Virus record (IMG/VR): IMGVR_UViG_3300020045_003677
Location: 60,098 to 124,097 of that record
DNA length: 64,000 bases
Origin: a virus
Lineage: Duplodnaviria; Heunggongvirae; Uroviricota; Caudoviricetes
Reading direction: 5' to 3' (one strand)
The notes beneath the pieces are model-generated. The model did no database searches. It was not told the DNA's origin and saw only the letters and a list, made by a program, of their open reading frames with translations. The translations under genes were made by a program, and so were the position numbers. The first letter of the stretch is position 1; each line of letters opens with the position of its first letter. This document shows, in pieces, positions 36,100 through 45,940 of this stretch.

Positions 36100-36351
36100 A
36101 TGAACCGTATTTTATCATTATTAGGATTAAATCCATTGTCTCGTTTGAAAAAAGCTTCTAAAGCTTACACAAAAAGTTCGCGTAACATCGAGAAACATGC
36201 ACCAAATGCTGCTGCAGAGATCGACGCAATGATCAACAACCTGGACGTAGCTCGTTCGGCTGCTTTGGACGTTAAATCCTTCGTGAATGACCTACATCAG
36301 GTTGCAAAAACAACAACTTCCGGCCTCGGTACTCTGACTGAAAAGAAATAG
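36100..36351 (+). CDS. Hypothetical protein.
   Basis: 83-aa ORF. Confidence 0.45.
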   Translation: MNRILSLLGLNPLSRLKKASKAYTKSSRNIEKHAPNAAAEIDAMINNLDVARSAALDVKSFVNDLHQVAKTTTSGLGTLTEKK

Positions 36352-36422
36352 TTCCGGCCCTGTAAATTAAATTAGAGTTTAGTTAAATTTATTCCTACTT
36401 AAAGATTACAACAAAAAACTCT

Positions 36423-36695
36423 ATGGCTAACGTCAATAAAGTTGAAAGAGAGCTCGGAGAAGCTCTTAACCGTGCCTACTATGAGGCCAGTGAAATCACC
36501 ATCAGTAGTGATTGGAGAATTCGTAATTTAGTGTCTAATGCTACTGCTAAAAACACCTACATGAGGCGTGGAGAAGCAGTATTCAAGTATGCTAAAGGAC
36601 AATTAACCTACATCGTCCCTATTAAGTTTTTGGATGAAGTGCAGATGGCTGTACTGATGTCCGTAGTTGGTAACCCGGTAAAAGTTAAAAAGTAA
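36423..36695 (+). CDS. Hypothetical protein.
   Basis: 90-aa ORF. Confidence 0.45.
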   Translation: MANVNKVERELGEALNRAYYEASEITISSDWRIRNLVSNATAKNTYMRRGEAVFKYAKGQLTYIVPIKFLDEVQMAVLMSVVGNPVKVKK

Positions 36696-36943
36696 TGATA
36701 CGCATCTCGATATTTATTTTGAAGGATACGCTACTGCTTGAGAAGCAGAGAGTTGTATGTGCCAAGACGTTGAGAAACCAGGGTATGAATCCCCAGTTAG
36801 CCGTTGAAGAAGCCTTTAAGGCTATATCAGATGTTCAGTGTGTTTATAGTGTAGTGTCTGCAGGCAAAGAGGTGAGTGCACCTGCAATTGCTAACGATAT
36901 TACACAAGGTAAAGCATACCGGATGACTGTTTCAAGTATCTAA
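36695..36943 (+). CDS. Hypothetical protein.
   Basis: 82-aa ORF. Confidence 0.45.
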   Translation: MIRISIFILKDTLLLEKQRVVCAKTLRNQGMNPQLAVEEAFKAISDVQCVYSVVSAGKEVSAPAIANDITQGKAYRMTVSSI

Positions 36944-36993
36944 AATCTTAGGGGTGTGTCTTATGATGCACCCCTTCAATATTTAAATCGATT

Positions 36994-38421
36994 ATGTTTC
37001 AACCAAATTTTTGTACAGCGACTGACTTCTATAAGTTTGGTCACTGGTGTCAATACCCTAAGGGTATGGATAGTATCAACTCATACTGTGAGGCCCGTGA
37101 AGGTGCCCTATTTCATGATATTGTGTGGAATGGTATTCTACCAATACTAAAGGACTTCTTTGAAGGTGACGTGATTACACGTGATAACATTGAAGAGGCC
37201 AATGAAATCGTAACCGGTATGGGTGGTCATCCAGCATATTTTAACCGGGCCATGTGGGAAGAGATTCTCACTAAACACAATGGTAGATTACCGTTGTCTA
37301 TTAAGGCATTGCCCGAAGGTACTGTGGTACCGCCATCAACTCCACTATTCTGTATTACCAACACAGGTGGAGCTATTACACAACCACTTGTAAATCACAG
37401 CGAAACTCTATTAATGCATGTCTGGAGCTCAACTACGGTCGCGAGTGTATCTCGCTATATCAAGAAGAACATTCTGGATAAGTGGGCTAAGTTAACCGGA
37501 ACACCCGAACTAACCATATGGCAGTTGCATGACTTCGGATTCCGAGGTGTAAGTAGCTGGCAGACTGCAGTATACTCTGGTATGGGTCACTTGATCACAT
37601 GTCGTGGTACTGACACGTCTGATGCTGTTCGCGGTATTCGTCATTATTATGGTACAAAAGAGATCTTTGGAAACTCTGTATGGGCTACTGAACATTCTGT
37701 CGCAACTTCTTATGGTCCAGGTCGTGGTGAAGTAGACTATGTTCTTGCTCAGCTTAATGCAGCTCCAGATGATGCAATTGTATCTATGGTTATGGATAGC
37801 TATGACACGTTCAACTTTGCGCAGAATGTTGTTGGTCATCCAGAAGTACTAGCTAAAATCAAAGCACGTTCTGGTCGCACAGTATTCCGTCCTGATAGTG
37901 GTGATCCGGTAGCCGTTAATCTGAGAGTATTGGATATTCTTGGTAACGTATTGGGATTCACTGTCAATGGACTGGGTTACAAAGTATTGAACCATAATGT
38001 AGGAGTGTTACAGGGAGATGGTATGGATTACCAAACCATTGATACCCTGTTTGAAGCCATTATAACAATTGGTCACTGGTCATCTGACAACTTAGTTGTT
38101 GGTTCGGGTGGTGGGTTGTTGCAGAAATGGAATCGTGACACACTGAGATTTGCTATCAAGGCATCTCATGGTTCAATCAATGGTGTTGGGTTTGATATCT
38201 TCAAAGACCCAGCAACAGCAAATGTTGGTAATGAAACAAAAGCATCGAAACGTGGACTGTTAAAGGTTGCGCAGATCGGTAACACATTCACTACTATCAG
38301 TTCCACTACTTGTGCTCCTAACATGTTTAATCAATATGTTGATGCCATGGAACCTATTTTCCTCAATGGGGATATTATGGGTACACATGATTTCAATCTG
38401 ATCAAAAAGAGAGCAATCTAA
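36994..38421 (+). CDS. nadV: Nicotinamide phosphoribosyltransferase (NAMPT, NadV-like).
   Basis: N-terminus ATDFYKFGHWCQYP matches the TDSYK motif. LHDFGFRGVSS, RGTDT, FRPDSGDP, LQGDGMD and GSGGGLLQK are colinear with NAMPT signature blocks. Confidence 0.85.
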   Translation: MFQPNFCTATDFYKFGHWCQYPKGMDSINSYCEAREGALFHDIVWNGILPILKDFFEGDVITRDNIEEANEIVTGMGGHPAYFNRAMWEEILTKHNGRLPLSIKALPEGTVVPPSTPLFCITNTGGAITQPLVNHSETLLMHVWSSTTVASVSRYIKKNILDKWAKLTGTPELTIWQLHDFGFRGVSSWQTAVYSGMGHLITCRGTDTSDAVRGIRHYYGTKEIFGNSVWATEHSVATSYGPGRGEVDYVLAQLNAAPDDAIVSMVMDSYDTFNFAQNVVGHPEVLAKIKARSGRTVFRPDSGDPVAVNLRVLDILGNVLGFTVNGLGYKVLNHNVGVLQGDGMDYQTIDTLFEAIITIGHWSSDNLVVGSGGGLLQKWNRDTLRFAIKASHGSINGVGFDIFKDPATANVGNETKASKRGLLKVAQIGNTFTTISSTTCAPNMFNQYVDAMEPIFLNGDIMGTHDFNLIKKRAI

Positions 38422-39446
38422 TGAGAGAACTATTGGAATTACTTACCGCAGCTGGGAAAACGTTTTGTATAACGGAACTTGGCTGCGGTATGCCGATAGC
38501 TCATGGATTCATGGGACTATCTGGGTCCAGTAAGGTACTTAAGTATGCTAACTGCCCCTATAGCAAAGAAGTTCAGGAGATCATGATACCTAACATCTTA
38601 CATAGATCCGTTAGTGTTGAACGAGTTGGGTTTCTTTTAAAAGCTTTGGAGAATTACGATGCAGACTTTGATATTGTGTATTCTTTACAAGCTGGTGAGG
38701 ATAAAGAATGTCATGGGTTCATCGCCATTAACTCCGAGGGTATGGTGGAAGGTGCTGTTGCATATCATTTTACCTTTGGTTACAATATTAGTAAAGTTGA
38801 AGCCGGTGCTAGAATGATTGGGTTGTTTATTGCTATTGTCAAGAGACATGTACTCAAGATAAACTTCAACATGGGTCAGATCGACGGCGCCTTCATACAA
38901 CATGGTAGGGATTGGGACTTTTATCCTGAACTATTACCACTTAACCACAGATCATTTGTAATCACCAATGGTGGAGAGTGGATGCGTACTACAGTATTCT
39001 TGAGAGATCTAGGTCATCTTGGAATTATCAAAGGAAGCTTTAATCCATATCATGAAGGTCATGAACAATTGGTGGAGGAAGCTTTCCGTCAGCAATATGT
39101 TCCAGTATTATCGCTTACAGGAGAAACTGTTGAAGGAAAGAAAGCCAGTGCTACCGAGCTTGTTGGAAGAGCTAAAACAACTCAGCGTAACTGCATCATA
39201 GATTCGGACAACACAAAGTTTATGGATCTTATTATGGTTCTACGCAATATCTATCGGTTTGAGGGTCAGATTGGTATCTTTGCAGGTATCGATGTGTATC
39301 ATAGGATGGAAGAAGCTTTGTTCGAATTACCCCATGTTCAGTTCTATGTCTATCACAGAGAAATGAATGTGGATAATGTGTTATTTCTGTCATCAAAGTT
39401 TCCTACAACATCATCTACTAAAATCAGAGAACATGCACTCGATTAA
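38421..39446 (+). CDS. Two-domain protein. The C-terminal half is a nicotinamide/nicotinate mononucleotide adenylyltransferase-like domain. The N-terminal half is unassigned, possibly CinA-C/PncC-like.
   Basis: GSFNPYHEGH is the (H/T)xGH nucleotidyltransferase motif, with a downstream SxT-region. N-terminal ITELGCGMPIA weakly resembles the CinA C-domain AESCTGG motif. Confidence 0.65.
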   Translation: MRELLELLTAAGKTFCITELGCGMPIAHGFMGLSGSSKVLKYANCPYSKEVQEIMIPNILHRSVSVERVGFLLKALENYDADFDIVYSLQAGEDKECHGFIAINSEGMVEGAVAYHFTFGYNISKVEAGARMIGLFIAIVKRHVLKINFNMGQIDGAFIQHGRDWDFYPELLPLNHRSFVITNGGEWMRTTVFLRDLGHLGIIKGSFNPYHEGHEQLVEEAFRQQYVPVLSLTGETVEGKKASATELVGRAKTTQRNCIIDSDNTKFMDLIMVLRNIYRFEGQIGIFAGIDVYHRMEEALFELPHVQFYVYHREMNVDNVLFLSSKFPTTSSTKIREHALD

Positions 39447-39882
39447 AACACTACTCGAGAAAGCCTGGGCAGATGCTGCTTCAAAGGGGTATGACCACGT
39501 TGTTATTGCAGTTGACCTGCATGGTACTATGGTTGATTCCAAAGTATTCAATGCAGCTCCGGGTAACATCGAAATGAAGGTGCAGGCGTCAATATTTAGA
39601 AGTGCTGTAACGGCATTAAAACTATTGTCTCAGCATCCTTCAGTCACAATGTTTATCTACAGTGGTACTAAGCGCAGAAAACTTGAGCAAGTACTTGCAG
39701 AACTGATGAGTAAATACGGTATTGAAATCGATATCGATTATTCTTCAGATACTCAACACTCTATACAGTCATTTAAGAACAAACCATATTTTGGTATCTT
39801 ATTGGATGATAAAGCAGGGTTTGACCCCGATACTGATTGGGATGAAATCACACGAATCTTACCTAACTTAAAAACGCTATGA
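39433..39882 (+). CDS. HAD-like hydrolase, putative phosphatase or nucleotidase, with Asp+2 replaced by His.
   Basis: VVIAVDLHGTMVDS is a motif-I-like DxDGT, here D-L-H-G-T. GILLDDKAG matches motif IV. The start is set at ATG 39433, and the track ORF starts at 39367. Confidence 0.4.
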   Translation: MHSIKTLLEKAWADAASKGYDHVVIAVDLHGTMVDSKVFNAAPGNIEMKVQASIFRSAVTALKLLSQHPSVTMFIYSGTKRRKLEQVLAELMSKYGIEIDIDYSSDTQHSIQSFKNKPYFGILLDDKAGFDPDTDWDEITRILPNLKTL

Positions 39883-40409
39883 CACCAGAGCAAAAACAAC
39901 AGATGGAGGAAACTCCATTTCCAATAACGTTTTCTTGTATTGATCTCATCCTCACATGTAGAGGGTGTTTGGTATTTATTACCAAATCATACAAAGACAA
40001 GTATTTACGCTTGTGTGGCGGTATGGTTGATACAACCGACCTCTCTCTTAAAGCAGCAATGCTTAGAGAAGCCCATGAAGAGATGGGGGTTGACCCACGG
40101 TTTGTTCGTATAGATGAAGGATTCACTGTACAATCATTTCTTACCCAAGACTATGGTAGGTACAATCCGGATACTTCGAAGCATCGACTTCGTACTACAT
40201 TATTCACTGCTGAGTATGTACACCCACGAATTGGTACTCCACAAGAGGAGTTACTGAAAGCAGGAGATGATGCGGATGGGTTGAAATTTATTCCCATCCC
40301 ACAGTTATACGACATCAACTGGGTGTTGGAGAACGTAGCCCCAGGGCATATTCCATTACTTTATTATTGGATGGGACAGCAATATGACGCAAATCATCGG
40401 TTATTTTAA
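39879..40409 (+). CDS. Nudix hydrolase (ADP-ribose pyrophosphatase-like).
   Basis: Nudix box GGMVD...LKAAMLREAHEEMGV (GX5EX7REUXEEXGU). Confidence 0.75.
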   Translation: MTPEQKQQMEETPFPITFSCIDLILTCRGCLVFITKSYKDKYLRLCGGMVDTTDLSLKAAMLREAHEEMGVDPRFVRIDEGFTVQSFLTQDYGRYNPDTSKHRLRTTLFTAEYVHPRIGTPQEELLKAGDDADGLKFIPIPQLYDINWVLENVAPGHIPLLYYWMGQQYDANHRLF

Positions 40410-40650
40410 TGGGTTCCCGGTAAATTATGACGTGGATAGTGAGATGGCCTCTTGTAAAGGAGTAGTCTTCTCACTGTCTGACGCCATTTCGGTATCCAAA
40501 GGGGGTAGTAATTTGGGAACTGCTAAGCACGTTGAACATCTACATGGCTATATCAAAATTGATTGTCTAGCCGATACCCTACAAGATTTCAAACAATTAA
40601 TTAAAACTGCACGTAATGTCAAAAGATCCAAATCTAAGAGAAGTACATAA
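40384..40650 (+). CDS. Hypothetical protein.
   Basis: 88-aa ORF. Confidence 0.45.
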   Translation: MTQIIGYFNGFPVNYDVDSEMASCKGVVFSLSDAISVSKGGSNLGTAKHVEHLHGYIKIDCLADTLQDFKQLIKTARNVKRSKSKRST

Positions 40651-41986
40651 TTACACCATTAAAGGGTTCAAACAAGAGTTGTATTATGCAATGCACCTTG
40701 CTGTCGTTGACCTATTTGGTGACGATGTATACTCTAAAATGGAAGGTATGTCGGGGGATAGAAGCCCTGAGTTTATAACAATAGTTGACCCAGACACCGG
40801 TAAAAATATTAGAATGCCTATTGGTATGATAAGTATTTCGGAGGCCGGTCAATTAGCTAAAGCCAGAAGGCACCGTCGTGGGTATGATAGCGATGATGAC
40901 GATGATGCTGGAAACAACAACATCAATATCAAATGCCGGTATGAAGCTGAAGATATGACTATGTCGTTTGAAGTTAATACTCCTAAGCATAGAGCTGAGG
41001 AAGCTGAACTTCTTGTAGATGGTATTCGTACCAATGCAATTCAGAAATCATTCTTACAGAACAAAGTCATACGCCCGGACACATCTGAGGATAATCAGGA
41101 AGTACATATCATACCTATTAACCGAATCAAAGGTCAGGATGTATTTGTGTATTCTTCTATCGAACGTGGGCTTGTTCCATTGGTATCAAGACTAACTGGT
41201 ACAAGCGAGGGTCTTGGCATCAATAACAAATACTCACTGCTATTACATGGTAAAGGTGGTACTGGTAAGACATCTATGATGTTCAACTATGTAGCTCCTA
41301 TTGCTGTTGAGAATGGGTATACTGTAATATTCTGCGATAACGCTAAAGAATACAGTAAGATTCTGGATATTGCCGAAGTACTTGTTGAAGAACGTGGTTG
41401 GAAAGTTATCACTATTGTGGAAGATATTGATCAAGCGTTTGATGGTGAAGTTCGTGGAGACATGCAACAGACCATTCTTAACAAGATTGATGCCGGCTAC
41501 AACAAGGACATGAAACTTATTAACGTACTTACAACCAACTATATCGAGAGAATATCTTCGTATATGTTGCGTGCAGGTCGTATCTCTAAGATTCTTCATG
41601 TTGGAGGGTTGATTCGTACCGATATCCCACAATTCTGTGAGAGATATATGGGTACAATGTTTGACCCTACTGACAACTATACCAACTGCATCGAACTTCT
41701 TGAGGATATGCCGGCATCGTTTGTTCGCGAGATCATCGATGAGTCAAAAACTCTTGCGGCCTTTGATGGTGTAGCGAAGATTAGTGGTTACCTATTCGAG
41801 ACCACTATTAAATCCTACAAACACCAAGAGGAACTAACCTTTAAACAGGGTGTGGATGCTAAAGACAAAGTGATCGATGCTTTGCGTGTTGTTGCCGATG
41901 TTATTGGTATTAATCCACAAAACCTGGCCACTATCATGCACATGGATAATGGCGAACCAGTGTCAATGGGCGGAGAATTCAAATGA
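40616..41986 (+). CDS. AAA+ ATPase.
   Basis: Walker A GKGGTGKTS, Walker B IVEDIDQ, and a sensor-1-like TTN. Confidence 0.65.
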   Translation: MSKDPNLREVHNYTIKGFKQELYYAMHLAVVDLFGDDVYSKMEGMSGDRSPEFITIVDPDTGKNIRMPIGMISISEAGQLAKARRHRRGYDSDDDDDAGNNNINIKCRYEAEDMTMSFEVNTPKHRAEEAELLVDGIRTNAIQKSFLQNKVIRPDTSEDNQEVHIIPINRIKGQDVFVYSSIERGLVPLVSRLTGTSEGLGINNKYSLLLHGKGGTGKTSMMFNYVAPIAVENGYTVIFCDNAKEYSKILDIAEVLVEERGWKVITIVEDIDQAFDGEVRGDMQQTILNKIDAGYNKDMKLINVLTTNYIERISSYMLRAGRISKILHVGGLIRTDIPQFCERYMGTMFDPTDNYTNCIELLEDMPASFVREIIDESKTLAAFDGVAKISGYLFETTIKSYKHQEELTFKQGVDAKDKVIDALRVVADVIGINPQNLATIMHMDNGEPVSMGGEFK

Positions 41987-42441
41987 GTGATCAAGTAAAC
42001 TATCACGACTACCTTAAGAAAGAAGACTACTACGAAAGTAGAAATATTGGCAAAGGTAGACGTGCAAAGACTTGTGAGCATTGTGGTGGGAATATCCCTG
42101 TAGGAGAAGCCCACACCATGCATCATTTTTACCCAGATTTTGAAGCTGCGCCCACACATAATAGGTGTAATGATGCTTTCTTAGCTTCGTTGCTTCCAAA
42201 CGATGAGCCAGAGGATTACAATGATACCCACCTCTCCGAGTTCGAGAAGGGTAAAGTTAACGAGTTCTTAGAACATGATATGATATGCCATCAAATGCTT
42301 AATTTCATACGTTCTACTGGTAACACGGATTCAGCTATAAATCATCTTACAGGTAGTCACGGTATGAGAAAGGTAGTAGCTGAAGACTATATTAATGCTT
42401 TGTGTAAGATACACGATATTGATCTATTTAAATTGCCTTAA
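41983..42441 (+). CDS. Cys/His-rich hypothetical protein, possibly a zinc-binding or HNH-like fold.
   Basis: CEHCGG...H..HH...C cluster in a 152-aa ORF. Confidence 0.4.
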   Translation: MSDQVNYHDYLKKEDYYESRNIGKGRRAKTCEHCGGNIPVGEAHTMHHFYPDFEAAPTHNRCNDAFLASLLPNDEPEDYNDTHLSEFEKGKVNEFLEHDMICHQMLNFIRSTGNTDSAINHLTGSHGMRKVVAEDYINALCKIHDIDLFKLP

Positions 42442-42477
42442 ATTAAAGATATTATTCATTAATATTTTTTAGTTAAC

Positions 42478-45039
42478 ATGGCTGTAATCGAAGACAAATA
42501 CATCGAGACCGAGGGTGGGATTAGAAAGAACATCGACAAGGACAGTATGCCCTTAGCGTTGGACATCCTACAGAGAGGGCTTTATGCATTTCCAATTCCA
42601 TCTACAATTAGGGAGTTAGCATCAAACTCCTATGACGCTATTAAGGAACGTGACGTTGCTTTAGCTATCATAAAAGGTGAAACTTCTGTTGAAGATCACT
42701 TCGATGTAAACAAACAAGATGGTATCTATCACTCATCCGGGTGGGATCCATCATATTTTGACGAAGCTTGGTTATCTAAAGACCCTTGTGTTCATATTTA
42801 TTATGAGGAAGGTAGTGCTAAGGATGTACTGAGAATAGTTGACAACGGTGTTGGGTTAGGACAGAAAAGACTTGTCGGATACTTTCAACTTAACTACTCG
42901 AGTAAGCGTGCTAATAAGGATGCTTTAGGTAAGTGGGGATTAGGAAGTAAAGTTGCTTTATCGTTAAATGTTGACTCTTTTAGAGTTATCAATCGTTATA
43001 ATGGTAAGAGAACTAAATTCGATGTGTACTTGGATAAAGTGGATCCAATCATACCAAGGTTTAGTGATGGTAAGGAGAATGGCAGCATTCATCTTACTGA
43101 TACGTGTACTGCGTATTACGAAGAGACCACCGAAATGAATGGTCTTGAGATCCAGATCGATATCAAGAAGCATAACAAGAAGTTATTGTTTGAAGCTATG
43201 CAGTCTCAGTTAATGTATATGCCTGATATTAAGGTGTACACAAGAGCTCAGGGTGCTATGACTTATACCATGATGGATATACGTGCAAAAGAATTATACC
43301 GCGACAACGATATTATTATCTCCGAGTCCACAGTATATGACAGACCGCACATTCTTATTGGTGCCGGCAAAGCTTTGATCAACTATGGATTGATTGCTTT
43401 TAACGAGCTGGAAATCGAACCAAAACGAGGCTCTGTAGGACTTATCATGGACATTAATGACATAGAGGTTACTCCGTCGAGAGAAGCTCCTGTGTGGTCC
43501 ACAAAGACCCGAAAAGCCGTACTCGAAAAATACAACAAGGTAACTAAGACTGCAGCATTATTTGTAAACCAGAGTCTGGCCGCAGAGACTGACTATATTG
43601 ACTGGATGGTGAAAGCCGACCAGACTATGTCGGCCTTAAAGCATGGTAGTAACTCTAGTGTGATTGGTAGATTGGCTTCGATCATCGATGCTTCTTCTAT
43701 CACGAATGTCACTTATCCACTGAACTCTCAAGTAGAGTTCTCTCATAAAGTTAATGAGATGTTAGGTACTAAGCTGACAGCTAGAACAATACGCTATGAC
43801 AGGTATAGCAGAAAGATAGAAAGAAAGGCCATCGAGAGTCCCGGTGCATTATCTAAGATTGTGTACTTTACCGACGGTGCCGCTGATCCAATGAAAGACA
43901 GGTACATTTTCGATACCCAAGGTGAGTTTGTTCTTATCAACGGTAAAGAGGATTACAAATCTGACTTCTTTGCTAAGTTGGTTCTATCTTCTGGTAGACT
44001 GCAGTCGTACGATGACGTAATTGTTCCTGATGATATCCTTGAAGTCTACAAGACTGCAGAGATTGAAGAAGAGGAGACGTCAACTGATGGTACTACTACC
44101 ACTGTAGCTATTGACCGTAGTGCTATTCGTAAGGCTAATGCTATGATCCCGGTTCACTTTATTGCTAAGAACTACACTTCATATGTGTTCAGTTCTAAAG
44201 ATACCTATACCAGTGACATGCTATCGTTATTTGATAATGATGAAGTAGCTGTATATGGAACCTCTTTGGACAGAAATGACATGAAGGAGATTGCCTCGTT
44301 CTTTCCACACGGGTACATAAAATGCTTCGATAACTGGAGAGATACCTCTAGTAAAATCGACCAGGTTACCAACATCCCTCATTATGCATGCTTCAACCCC
44401 CACGCTAAGCCGATCAACATGATCATCATAGCTAAAGAGAACGTAAAGTATGTACTCGGTTCCGACAAGTATAAAACTATTCCGGAATTTGTGATTAAGT
44501 CCTATGATAAGGCGAAAGGTAAATTAGTATTCTCCGACGATATCAGAGCCGCAGCCACTGCCAATGTTATTGAGACAATGGTTAAGGAGTATGGCTTAAT
44601 GGGTATTCTTCGAGATGAGAAGACAGAGTTTATCTTTGATGAGGATTACAAGGAGTTTGTACATTTATACCGTGGTTGGTTTGAGAATGGTTATGACGCA
44701 CCCCAGGCGATTAATCGCACAGATTTCTATAGTCAAGCTATAGCCATTCAACTATCTAATTCGGGTATTGTACCAATTGATGTGGATAACCTTATCGTTG
44801 AGCTCAACGCCATGGTTCCGGAATGCTTATGCGATTCCCTGGATCAGGTTAAAGACGTCGATATTCTGGATATTGCATTGATTAAAAAGTGGCAAGCTAC
44901 CTTCATAAAAGTAGCCCCATTCAAGGACCTCATCTCTTTATTTGTGGATAAATATTATAACAATGGTTCTACAACCAAGGTTATTGTTGGTGCACAGATC
45001 AAAGAATACATCACTTTGAAGAATGATGAAATCGTATAA
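42478..45039 (+). CDS. GHKL-family ATPase domain protein (Hsp90/HtpG-, MutL- or MORC-like N-terminus), 853 aa.
   Basis: RELASNSYDAI matches the ELxxNSxDA Bergerat motif I (Hsp90: ELISNASDAL). VDNGVGLG matches motif II DNGxGh (HtpG: SDNGVGMT). Confidence 0.6.
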   Translation: MAVIEDKYIETEGGIRKNIDKDSMPLALDILQRGLYAFPIPSTIRELASNSYDAIKERDVALAIIKGETSVEDHFDVNKQDGIYHSSGWDPSYFDEAWLSKDPCVHIYYEEGSAKDVLRIVDNGVGLGQKRLVGYFQLNYSSKRANKDALGKWGLGSKVALSLNVDSFRVINRYNGKRTKFDVYLDKVDPIIPRFSDGKENGSIHLTDTCTAYYEETTEMNGLEIQIDIKKHNKKLLFEAMQSQLMYMPDIKVYTRAQGAMTYTMMDIRAKELYRDNDIIISESTVYDRPHILIGAGKALINYGLIAFNELEIEPKRGSVGLIMDINDIEVTPSREAPVWSTKTRKAVLEKYNKVTKTAALFVNQSLAAETDYIDWMVKADQTMSALKHGSNSSVIGRLASIIDASSITNVTYPLNSQVEFSHKVNEMLGTKLTARTIRYDRYSRKIERKAIESPGALSKIVYFTDGAADPMKDRYIFDTQGEFVLINGKEDYKSDFFAKLVLSSGRLQSYDDVIVPDDILEVYKTAEIEEEETSTDGTTTTVAIDRSAIRKANAMIPVHFIAKNYTSYVFSSKDTYTSDMLSLFDNDEVAVYGTSLDRNDMKEIASFFPHGYIKCFDNWRDTSSKIDQVTNIPHYACFNPHAKPINMIIIAKENVKYVLGSDKYKTIPEFVIKSYDKAKGKLVFSDDIRAAATANVIETMVKEYGLMGILRDEKTEFIFDEDYKEFVHLYRGWFENGYDAPQAINRTDFYSQAIAIQLSNSGIVPIDVDNLIVELNAMVPECLCDSLDQVKDVDILDIALIKKWQATFIKVAPFKDLISLFVDKYYNNGSTTKVIVGAQIKEYITLKNDEIV

Positions 45040-45886
45040 CAGTAGGATAATTCCGGTATTACGCGACAAGACAGATAAGCTTTACATAGCAGATCTGGAC
45101 CGTACGGCACCGGAGAGATTCCCTTCTGATGAAACTGTACGTGGATTAATTGATCTTTACAAGAACAATGGTGATTTAGTAGCAAGGGATACCATCATTA
45201 CGTCGTTTGGGCGCTATGTGGTATCCATCGCAAAAAACTATCAGGAGCAGGGTTTATCTTTAGCAGATCTTATTAGCGAAGGTATCCTTGGATTGATGGC
45301 AGCGATAGAACAGTTTGATACCAGTTTAACCACTAAGTTTGTGACCTACAGTAATGTAAGTATAAGCAGACAGATGAGGGAAGCCTTGGATCAGACTAAC
45401 AGGCCTGTTAAAATACCAAAAAACATCCGCAACAGTCAGATGAAAGTGAGGGAGAAAGTGCACGCTGAATCGTTAAGAGGTCGCGAATTGTTTGAAATCC
45501 TAGATTCAATAGAAGATAGGGATCAAGAATTTGCTACCAACCCTAAGATTTTTCAGAAATTTAACATGAATACACGACCAGTTGGAGAAGAAGATGATTT
45601 AGATCCTCTTGAGAATGTATTGTTATTGTCAGTTGACGGAAGTTCCCCCATGGAAGATTCTGATATGGACCTAGATCTTGGTAGAGTTTTCTCTAAATTA
45701 ACCGAGAATGAAGTCAAAGTAATCAAGGCCTTTTATGGATTTTCTGGAGACTATTTAAAGTCTTCTATGAAGCTAATTGGCGAGTCATTGGGGATGTCTG
45801 TGGAGCAGGTACGAAAGCTTAAAACCTCTGGTTTAGTGAAACTTAAGAGCAAAAAAAGTAAGGAAATACTCTCTAAATATCTATAA
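45023..45886 (+). CDS. Sigma-70 family RNA polymerase sigma factor.
   Basis: DLISEGILGLMAAIEQFD matches region 2.2 (DLIQEGNIGLMKAVDKFD). FVTYSNVSISRQMREAL matches region 2.3/2.4. A C-terminal region-4-like HTH is present (SLGMSVEQVRKLKTSGLVKL). Confidence 0.7.
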   Translation: MMKSYNSRIIPVLRDKTDKLYIADLDRTAPERFPSDETVRGLIDLYKNNGDLVARDTIITSFGRYVVSIAKNYQEQGLSLADLISEGILGLMAAIEQFDTSLTTKFVTYSNVSISRQMREALDQTNRPVKIPKNIRNSQMKVREKVHAESLRGRELFEILDSIEDRDQEFATNPKIFQKFNMNTRPVGEEDDLDPLENVLLLSVDGSSPMEDSDMDLDLGRVFSKLTENEVKVIKAFYGFSGDYLKSSMKLIGESLGMSVEQVRKLKTSGLVKLKSKKSKEILSKYL

Positions 45887-45940
45887 ATTAAACTATAATA
45901 ACTTAAATGGTATATAAGTCAAAATCAAAATTTAAGTATT

